This document shows, one piece after another, positions 41,769-49,508 of a stretch of DNA of 64,000 bases. Made by a program: the position numbers and the translations under genes. Position 1 is the first letter of the stretch. Each line of letters begins with the position of its first letter. The notes under the pieces are model-generated. The model worked only from the letters and a program-made list of their open reading frames with translations, searched no databases and had not been told where the DNA came from. This DNA is from a virus (Duplodnaviria; Caudoviricetes): IMG/VR virus record IMGVR_UViG_3300038673_000510, positions 32,001 to 96,000 of that record; one strand, 5' to 3'.

Positions 41769-42922
41769 AATTAGGCCCTATAGAAAAATTTAATCCTAAT
41801 AATCCAGAACATCTTGATCCCAAAAAATATAAAATAACTTATAAAAGTTCTGGTCGTAAACCAACAAGTGTTCAAATTGAAATGTCATTTAAAGAGGATG
41901 CTAAAAGAAGAGATTTCACTTTCAACGCTATGGCAATAGATAGTAAAGGAAATGTTATAGATTATTTTGATGGACAACAAGCTATTCAGAGTAAAATTCT
42001 TAAAACCGTTGGTGATCCAGAACAAAGGTTTACTGAAGATTATTTAAGAATGATGCGAGCAATTAGATTTGCAAGTAGACTTGGATTTAATATTGATCCT
42101 CAAACTGGTGAGGCTATTAAAAAGCATGCCACTAAAATTTCAGGAATATCATCAGAAAGAATCTTAAAAGAACTATTAAGTATGGCAGAACAGTCTGGAA
42201 GTAAATTTGCTGATGCTATTATTGGGTTAAATGATTTTGGATTACTTCAACATATTCTGCCAGAGATAGTTTCCATGGATGAATATGAGCATGATGAAGA
42301 AACTCACCCCGAAGGAAATGTATATCAACACACGCTTGCTGCATTAAGAGCAAACGGAATTGTTGATCCAATTATAAATCTTGCTATTTTATTACATGAT
42401 ATAGGGAAGACTACTACACGAACTTATAAAGATAATGGAAAGGTTCAATATCTTGGACATGCACAGGCGGGAATATCATTAATTGAAAAAATTGCAAATA
42501 GACTTAAGATGGACAATGATGCAAAAGACGCATTAATCTTTGCGGCCGAAAATCATATGAAAATGCACAATTTACTTAATATGAGCAATGCAAAGATATA
42601 CGCTTTAATTAAAAATAAGAATTGGAACGTATTGTATAATGTTGCTCTTGCGGACCAAAAAGCGCGGGGAAATCTCTTCCAAAAGGCCGATTGGGACAAG
42701 ACTGTAGAGCGAATTGAAGATGTAACAAATAAGTATGCTAATCAAGATTTTCAAAAAGCTATTAAGAAAGTTCTTAATGGTGAAATGGTTATGCAGTTAA
42801 AGGGATTAAAACCAGGTCCAGAAGTCGGTAAAATTATTAATCAAACTATGGATTGGATTTTAAATAAAAATATTGATATCAATGATATCGAAAAAATTAA
42901 GAGGTATATAATAAGCATATGA
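41765..42922 (+). CDS. cca: CCA-adding enzyme, C-terminal fragment with HD domain
   Basis: GRKP, EDAKRRDFTFNAMA, RFTEDYLRMMRAIRFASR, SERILKEL, HPEGNVYQHT, LLHDIGK, PGPEVG; AGGAG SD at 41751. Confidence 0.92.
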   Translation: MKLGPIEKFNPNNPEHLDPKKYKITYKSSGRKPTSVQIEMSFKEDAKRRDFTFNAMAIDSKGNVIDYFDGQQAIQSKILKTVGDPEQRFTEDYLRMMRAIRFASRLGFNIDPQTGEAIKKHATKISGISSERILKELLSMAEQSGSKFADAIIGLNDFGLLQHILPEIVSMDEYEHDEETHPEGNVYQHTLAALRANGIVDPIINLAILLHDIGKTTTRTYKDNGKVQYLGHAQAGISLIEKIANRLKMDNDAKDALIFAAENHMKMHNLLNMSNAKIYALIKNKNWNVLYNVALADQKARGNLFQKADWDKTVERIEDVTNKYANQDFQKAIKKVLNGEMVMQLKGLKPGPEVGKIINQTMDWILNKNIDINDIEKIKRYIISI

Positions 42923-43311
42923 CAACTTTAGAAATGTATTTAGAGATGATATTTCAAAAAGATAATAAAGATTTTACTAAAAATTTTAAGTATTCGGCAA
43001 AACTCGAGACAATAGAAAGACATTTATTTGGTGATTATCTTTATATATTGTCTGAAAAAGTTGAAAATAAAGTTCCATATAAATATAAATGGAAAAAAGC
43101 AAAATCAAGAAAAGATTCAGATAAATATAATCAGTATAGAATCATAGTTGACTCAGCAACTGGCGAACCTGTTGTAAGATACGAATGGGCTACTTCAATC
43201 TTTGAATCTGATATTCCTAAAGAACAATTTTTTAAAGAAATAAAAGATTTTGTACAAGAAGAAAAAATAAAATTAAAAAGGTTAATGGATACAATGTTTC
43301 CTAAATATTAA
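42919..43311 (+). CDS. YLE-leader hypothetical protein (copy 2, different leader)
   Basis: MTTLEMYLE-MIFQKD... Confidence 0.7.
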   Translation: MTTLEMYLEMIFQKDNKDFTKNFKYSAKLETIERHLFGDYLYILSEKVENKVPYKYKWKKAKSRKDSDKYNQYRIIVDSATGEPVVRYEWATSIFESDIPKEQFFKEIKDFVQEEKIKLKRLMDTMFPKY

Positions 43312-43575
43312 CTTGAAATTGCAGCCTATGGGTCATATCAATCAGAAATATATTTTTCGGAAAGTTATAATCCTTATACTTTGAAAGATATTAAAAAAAT
43401 TATTAATCGACACTATAATGAAGTTTTAAAAAAATTATTTAATATCACTACAGATGATATTCAGTTTATGGATCACCATTTAGAAGAATTAGAAAATGAT
43501 GATGAAGATGATCCAGCTTACGATGACGATGACGATGTTTTTGCTTATTATGATAATCCATTTGAAGAGAATTAA
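43311..43575 (+). pseudogene. duplicated 3' fragment of the 39565 gene
   Basis: Block A copy 2, begins mid-gene. Confidence 0.8.
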
Positions 43576-43578
43576 ATT

Positions 43579-44107
43579 ATGAAAAAAAACATTAGATTTT
43601 TATTTAGAGAGAGTACAAGATCAACAGATGATAAATGAAGGTTTTGTTGATAGATTAGGTGCTGGTGTTTTGACAGCATTAATCACACTTGGTAGTGTTG
43701 GTATTGGTGGCGGATTAGTTGTTGGTTTTAGTGCGTCACAAAAGAACGCTTTGTTAAATGGTGAGACAATAAATTTTGAACTTGACAAATCAACCTCACA
43801 TCTTGATTATACAAAAACAATGGCAAGACAGATGGCTTATCCAAATGGACACCCAATGAAAACTTTACCAATGAATCCAGCAACAGATTCTTCTCCGGAT
43901 GAAGTAATGTTTAAAATGAAAATTGATGATAATAAAGCGAATAGTGATTTTGCTTCAAATGGAGTTTATGTTGATATAAAGAATAAAATTATTTATGTTA
44001 GTAGAGATAGAGTAGAAAAACGTAGTCCATTTAAATTACATGGCGATGAAAAAGAAGCTAAACGATCAATTGAAAAACAACGTGGCAATATTGATAGTAT
44101 GAAGTAA
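43579..44107 (+). CDS. YLE-leader protein with hydrophobic segment; leader out of frame by one A
   Basis: With A7, ATG 43579 reads MKKTLDFYLERVQDQQ-MINEGFVD; the sequence has A8; downstream ATG 43628 is in frame. Confidence 0.6.
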
Positions 44108-44109
44108 TT

Positions 44110-44397
44110 ATGAAAAAAAGTTTACATGATTATATTGAAACACTTGATTCTCTTGAGAATGATGTTATTAGTATCAATTTATTTGATGATAAAATTATTC
44201 AAGCATTAAAAGATGCCAGAGATGGTGATATAATTTTTATGCCGGAATCTGATTATGGTTTTGGAGAAATATATAAAATTCACAATTGGTTAATTGTGTT
44301 TTTAATTCCTAATTTTGGCGGAATTCCAGAATTTCATAATGCCTATCGTTTATCTGATGTTGAAGATATGATTCAAGAATTAAGAAGTTTAACATAA
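44110..44397 (+). CDS. YIE-leader hypothetical protein
   Basis: MKKSLHDYIET. Confidence 0.65.
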   Translation: MKKSLHDYIETLDSLENDVISINLFDDKIIQALKDARDGDIIFMPESDYGFGEIYKIHNWLIVFLIPNFGGIPEFHNAYRLSDVEDMIQELRSLT

Positions 44398-44406
44398 TGG
44401 TATAAT

Positions 44407-44901
44407 ATGAGTTTAGCATTATATTTAGAAATTACTAACAATCATGATTTTGATCGCAATGCTTATTTGAAATGGAAAAGAAAAAATGTAACTTACCGTG
44501 GAATAAAATCTTTTGGTAAAGATAATGAAGTGTATGGTTCTTTTGGAAGAGGACTATACACTGTTCCATTATCAAATAAGTCTATGGCAAAACAATATGG
44601 AAAACTTTATTTCGTAGTTGGAGCTATACCAAAAAATCCCAAAATTGTACAGTCTATAAATGATGCTGAAATACTTTTACAAAAATTAATTATAGATTAT
44701 TGTAAAGGACAAAATCATACAAAGGATTATGATCCTTCTTTTTTTGAAAATCATACATCTATGGATAAAGAGCTTGTTAAACAAGGATATGATGGTTTTA
44801 TAATTAAAGGCAGAGAAATTGTTAATTATAAACCCAATAATATTCTTTACTTTCCAACGGAAGAAGAAGTAATACATCACTGGAAAAATATTGCGGAGTA
44901 A
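44407..44901 (+). CDS. ADP-ribosyltransferase-like (ART-PolyVal-type) protein with YLE leader
   Basis: TYRG, FGRGLYT, AKQYG, PKNP, GYDG, EIVNYKPNNI. Confidence 0.65.
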   Translation: MSLALYLEITNNHDFDRNAYLKWKRKNVTYRGIKSFGKDNEVYGSFGRGLYTVPLSNKSMAKQYGKLYFVVGAIPKNPKIVQSINDAEILLQKLIIDYCKGQNHTKDYDPSFFENHTSMDKELVKQGYDGFIIKGREIVNYKPNNILYFPTEEEVIHHWKNIAE

Positions 44902-44905
44902 TAAA

Positions 44906-45490
44906 ATGATATTTAGAGATTATCTTGAAATAATGACACGTCAAGAAATGCGACGTGCCGCTAACGCTGGTCAAACAAATCTTGAAAAAGTTGGTGAAGT
45001 ATTGTCACGTAGCGATAGTGGATTATTGCCAAGATGGTTTCTAATATTGTTAGAAGAACAACTCAATATGGAAAACATAAGATATAAATCAGATTTTATT
45101 GAAGTAATGAATGAAACAATATTTGATAATAAGATTAAACCATACCCACAAAACGCACCAGAAAGTATTAGATTTATAATAACAAAAAATGGAGAATGCT
45201 TCTGGTGTGTTGCTGATGATGCTATTCATGGATCCATTCTTGCTTATATGATGTGCAAAGGTAAACTTCAAATGTTTGAAGAATTATTAGATTATGGATC
45301 TTGGTCTGAAACAATTGCATCTACTGATTATTTTATAGCTTTTATATGGGATGCTGATGATAGTGAAACAAAATTAGCTGAAAGTTATGCTTATGAACTT
45401 GAAGAAATGGTTATGAGAAAATTATTTGTGCCACCATATAAAGATTATTTATTAAATATAACAGGGTCATTAGAAATAAGTCCAAGTTAA
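44906..45490 (+). CDS. NGQTNL paralog family, YLE-leader protein
   Basis: MIFRDYLEIMTRQEMRRAANAGQTNL. Confidence 0.7.
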   Translation: MIFRDYLEIMTRQEMRRAANAGQTNLEKVGEVLSRSDSGLLPRWFLILLEEQLNMENIRYKSDFIEVMNETIFDNKIKPYPQNAPESIRFIITKNGECFWCVADDAIHGSILAYMMCKGKLQMFEELLDYGSWSETIASTDYFIAFIWDADDSETKLAESYAYELEEMVMRKLFVPPYKDYLLNITGSLEISPS

Positions 45491-45501
45491 GAGAGAATAC
45501 A

Positions 45502-45999
45502 ATGAGAAATAATTTAGCGCTTTATTTAGAATACTTACAATACCCAGAACCAGTTGAATTAACTGATTTATATAATGAAGAAGATATTGTAAAGGGAAAA
45601 ACCAATAATGGAAAGGGATGGTTTTACGCTGGCAATGATGAACATAAAAGTGAATTCTTTATGCTTAAACCTGGAGAAAACCATTGGGATCCATCTGTAG
45701 CAAAAAAGATGCAAAGTGTTGGATGGATTGATAAACCTGATTCCAATACTATGGAAAAAATATTTGCTGAAAATAAAATTATAAGATTTATTATAAATAC
45801 TAATAATGAAAATGAACCAGTTACGGTTGAATCTGGTGGACAACTTGATAATTCAATTTATATTGGTATTATGAAATTAATGAAAAATAAAGTTGCTGGT
45901 CCTTTACAAAAAACAGCCAAAATAATTTGGGAATATGGAAAATCTGTTGGGCAAGCAATTAAAAAATCATTTTCTGCGCAGGAGTGGCAATTAGCATGA
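45502..45999 (+). CDS. YLE-leader hypothetical protein
   Basis: MRNNLALYLEY. Confidence 0.65.
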   Translation: MRNNLALYLEYLQYPEPVELTDLYNEEDIVKGKTNNGKGWFYAGNDEHKSEFFMLKPGENHWDPSVAKKMQSVGWIDKPDSNTMEKIFAENKIIRFIINTNNENEPVTVESGGQLDNSIYIGIMKLMKNKVAGPLQKTAKIIWEYGKSVGQAIKKSFSAQEWQLA

Positions 46000-46625
46000 T
46001 ATTTAAAGATTATTTAGAAATGATGACAAGAAGCGAAATGAGACAAGCTGCTCAAAATGGTCAAACAAATTTATTGCCTGGTCTTTCATCATTGAATAAA
46101 AAAGAAGTATTACTTCCCGAGTGGATGACAGATATGTTTGAAAATTGGGGAGCGGGAAATGTACATGGGATGAGGTATAAATCTGATGTAATTGATAGAT
46201 TTCAAAATGATGTTTTTAATGCCAAATTAAAACCTGTTCCATTTGATGTGCCAGAAAGTCTTACTAAAAGAATAAGAATTATTATTACTAAAAATGGCGA
46301 ATGTTTTTGGTGTCGAGGATATAATGGAATTCATGGAAGTATTCTTGTGTATATGATGTGTATCGGTAAACTCCCGATGAAGAAAAGTTTTATTGATTAT
46401 GATTATAAAGATGGATGGTGTTGGAATAATAATATAACTAAAACTTTTATAGCATTAGAAATGTTTTATGACCATAATAGAATAATTGTAAGAATGGCAG
46501 AAAGTTATCAAGAATTTTATGGAGCGCAGTTAAAACAATTATATCAAGATAAAACTTATGAAGCTTTAGTAATGAAGTTTCTTAATTATCCTATACAAGA
46601 TATAAAACTTAAATATCAATATTAA
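45996..46625 (+). CDS. NGQTNL paralog family, YLE-leader protein
   Basis: MIFKDYLEMMTRSEMRQAAQNGQTNL. Confidence 0.7.
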   Translation: MIFKDYLEMMTRSEMRQAAQNGQTNLLPGLSSLNKKEVLLPEWMTDMFENWGAGNVHGMRYKSDVIDRFQNDVFNAKLKPVPFDVPESLTKRIRIIITKNGECFWCRGYNGIHGSILVYMMCIGKLPMKKSFIDYDYKDGWCWNNNITKTFIALEMFYDHNRIIVRMAESYQEFYGAQLKQLYQDKTYEALVMKFLNYPIQDIKLKYQY

Positions 46626-47107
46626 ATATGTTTGACTTGTTTTTCAATTTGTTCTTTTACTAAATCAATATTATTTTTTATATCCTTTTCTTTAAATCTC
46701 AGAAGTGGTATTCCCAGTTCTTTTAACATATTGTTTTTGAATTTATCATTTCTGAGATTTTTACGTTGTATTTTAGTTAAATCAGAATATTTTTGATCGC
46801 CCTCTTGATATGCCGACGCATGATAGTAATCTCCATCGCATTCAATACAAAATGTATAATTAATCCCATCTGTAACATAAAAATCAAACTTCTTTGCTCT
46901 TCCTTTATATATAAAAATTTTTTCTTGAATATAATAGAGTCCCATAGAATCTAATAACACTCTTACGCGTCTTTCAATACTATTTTCTTTTTGTGTACCA
47001 TCAGCATTTTTATATTGTTGCAGATTTTTAATTGCCTTAGCTTTTGCTTTTTTATATCTGTCTTTATTTTGTTTTCGTATCTTCTTTGCTGTTAATCGGT
47101 CTACCAT
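46622..47107 (-). CDS. Vsr/DUF559-like PD-(D/E)xK endonuclease
   Basis: SIERRV, FDFY, IECDGDYYH, DKFKN...LLRFKE. Confidence 0.8.
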   Translation of the reverse strand: MVDRLTAKKIRKQNKDRYKKAKAKAIKNLQQYKNADGTQKENSIERRVRVLLDSMGLYYIQEKIFIYKGRAKKFDFYVTDGINYTFCIECDGDYYHASAYQEGDQKYSDLTKIQRKNLRNDKFKNNMLKELGIPLLRFKEKDIKNNIDLVKEQIEKQVKHI

Positions 47108-47208
47108 AAAATTCTCCTAATATATTTATTATACATTTTTTTTGGCGAAAAGTGTATACTATTTGTAATATAATTAAGAAATAAAACAAGTTGGGAGTAT
47201 AACCAAAT

Positions 47209-48837
47209 ATGATTAATATGAAGGCTTATTTTGAAGGTGCAGTTAGTGCTAAAAATTCTGGACGTGTTGTTGATATTCTTAAATCCAGAGTATCGCGTCA
47301 AGTAGGACAACAAATATATGCTACAACTGCAATGGATGTAGTTATTAAAGATGGTAAAAAAGTTTATGGTATTTTCTTAATGTTCGAAGATGGCCATCAT
47401 GCTATAAGATTAAACTGGATTTCTACTGATACATCTGCTTCAATTGATAGTATTGACTTTTGGATTCATGTGTCTAAAAATCCTCAATATTCTGCAGATA
47501 CAAAAGATATGAACATAGTTCAAATTGTTGAACTTATTGACGATGTTGTTAAGGGCGTAAATCTTAAAGAAGAAGATACAATTCAAGAAAGTATAAAACC
47601 GGTATTAGAAGCAGCAGGAAAAACATTTAAAGATGTAAAAAATCTTTTAGAGAATAAGGGATATATTATTGAAAAGGATCCCGCGTTTACTGTCCGTCGT
47701 TATCTTGTAACTGATAAAAAAACAAAAGAAGTAACACCAATTCGTTATATTCCAGTTATGGATGAAATGTATGGCGAAATAATGCAAATCGGTGTTCCTG
47801 CATTCTTAAATAAGTATAATGCTGCTGGGGGCGGAGCAAAAACTTCAGGTGGTCGTTTAAAAGCAGCATCACCAGAAACTCCAGTAGAAGTAAAAAGTTC
47901 TCCATTTGATTCATTATTTGAAGATCCACTAAATGAAAAAGAATTGTTTAAGTTACTTGAAACTGGAGTCGAAGAAGTTAAAGCTGGTTTATCAAAAACT
48001 ATGATTGTATCTGGAGACCCTGGAGTTGGAAAATCGTTTACAATATTACAAGGAATGGTTGGAACCAATTTTGAGGTTTTTAAAGGAACAATCACATCTG
48101 CTGCGGCTCTTTATAAGACCTTGTTTCTTAACAATGAATCAAAGAAAACTCTCATCTTTGATGACCTTGATACTCTTCTTGAAGATAGAGAATGTGTGAA
48201 TATTCTTAAAGGAGCCCTTGAAAGTGTACAAAATCCAGAAGTTAGTTATCTTAGCAATAACTGTGTTCATCCTACTTACTACAAAGTTCTTACAGGTGAA
48301 TACGACGCCAATGATCCTAAAGTACGTCAGTCTTTAAAATTACTAAAGATTGATCTTGATGCAATGAGCGAAAAACGTCTTGAGGCTATGCAGATGAGAG
48401 CATCTGATCCATATTCTGCAGCAGCTATATTGCCTAATAAATTTGTTTTCTTATCTCGTATTATATTCATTACAAATAAATATCTTGACGAACTTCCTTC
48501 TGCCATTAAGTCACGTGGTGGTACAAAAGTAGAAGTAAACCTTACTCTTGCTGAAATAGTAAAACGTATTGGTAGCGTTCTTGATAAACTTGATATTCCA
48601 GTAGAGCCAGGTACACCTCCAATTAGTATGGCAGCAAGAAAAGCTGCACTAAAATATTGTAACGATGTTCTTATTCCTTATGGAAAAATAAAGAAACTTG
48701 ATTTTAGAGGATTCTTTGAGATTTGTAAAAAAGCTTCCGGTGATGCACCACAAGAAGTTTGGTATCGTTGGGTATCTCGCATGCTTCAAGAAAGTTATGG
48801 TGAAAAAATGATTGTTGGCAAGAGGGAGAAAAGATAA
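47209..48837 (+). CDS. AAA+ ATPase with N-terminal YFE leader and an internal domain shared with 18489/19229
   Basis: SGDPGVGKS, LIFDDLD, NILKGALE, RIIFITN, AIKSRG. Confidence 0.8.
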   Translation: MINMKAYFEGAVSAKNSGRVVDILKSRVSRQVGQQIYATTAMDVVIKDGKKVYGIFLMFEDGHHAIRLNWISTDTSASIDSIDFWIHVSKNPQYSADTKDMNIVQIVELIDDVVKGVNLKEEDTIQESIKPVLEAAGKTFKDVKNLLENKGYIIEKDPAFTVRRYLVTDKKTKEVTPIRYIPVMDEMYGEIMQIGVPAFLNKYNAAGGGAKTSGGRLKAASPETPVEVKSSPFDSLFEDPLNEKELFKLLETGVEEVKAGLSKTMIVSGDPGVGKSFTILQGMVGTNFEVFKGTITSAAALYKTLFLNNESKKTLIFDDLDTLLEDRECVNILKGALESVQNPEVSYLSNNCVHPTYYKVLTGEYDANDPKVRQSLKLLKIDLDAMSEKRLEAMQMRASDPYSAAAILPNKFVFLSRIIFITNKYLDELPSAIKSRGGTKVEVNLTLAEIVKRIGSVLDKLDIPVEPGTPPISMAARKAALKYCNDVLIPYGKIKKLDFRGFFEICKKASGDAPQEVWYRWVSRMLQESYGEKMIVGKREKR

Positions 48838-49508
48838 TGACTGTTTGTGCTAATCATAATTGCAATAAAGAATTTAATAAAGGTAATATTAGACAAATAT
48901 ATTGTTCGAAAAAATGTGCACAAACAATGAGTACATTTTTTCGAACAAAAAGAAATACACTAAAACATATAAATAAAAAATGTTTAATTTGTGGGCAAGT
49001 TGTTATTTCAACAAAAAAGTATTGTTCTAATGAATGTGCAAAAATAGCTGTAAAAAAACAACGTAAAGATTGGCAACAGACCCATATTTTAGAAAGCAAA
49101 GAAAATAAAAAAAGATGGAATAATACACATAAAGATTATCTTAATAATTATGAAAAAAATAAAAAGAAAAGCAATATAAATTATAAAATTAGAAAAGTAT
49201 TGGGTTCAAGACTAACTAATGTTATTAAAAGATGTAATGGAGTGAAAAGCGCATCAAGTCTTAAACTTCTTGGGTGTTCAATTGAAGATGCAAGACAATA
49301 TTTGGAAAGTAAATTTCAACAAGGAATGACATGGAATAATCATGGTTTTGGTGATGATAAGTGGCATATTGACCATATAATCCCTTGTGATGCTTTTGAT
49401 TTAACAAAACCCGAAGAACAAACAAAATGCTTTCATTATACCAATCTTCAACCATTATGGCAATATGATAATTTAAGTAAAAGTAACAAAATAGGAGTTA
49501 AAATATGA
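48837..49508 (+). CDS. HNH homing endonuclease with Cys-rich N-terminus
   Basis: LLGCS..GMTWNNHG..WHIDHIIPC...CFHYTNLQPLW..DNLSKSN. Confidence 0.9.
   Translation: MTVCANHNCNKEFNKGNIRQIYCSKKCAQTMSTFFRTKRNTLKHINKKCLICGQVVISTKKYCSNECAKIAVKKQRKDWQQTHILESKENKKRWNNTHKDYLNNYEKNKKKSNINYKIRKVLGSRLTNVIKRCNGVKSASSLKLLGCSIEDARQYLESKFQQGMTWNNHGFGDDKWHIDHIIPCDAFDLTKPEEQTKCFHYTNLQPLWQYDNLSKSNKIGVKI

Noticed and set aside
40960-41860. Group I intron interrupting cca
   Set aside because: The ORFs abut or overlap, no P3/P7-like core is visible, and the downstream half has its own SD. RT-PCR is needed to exclude it fully.
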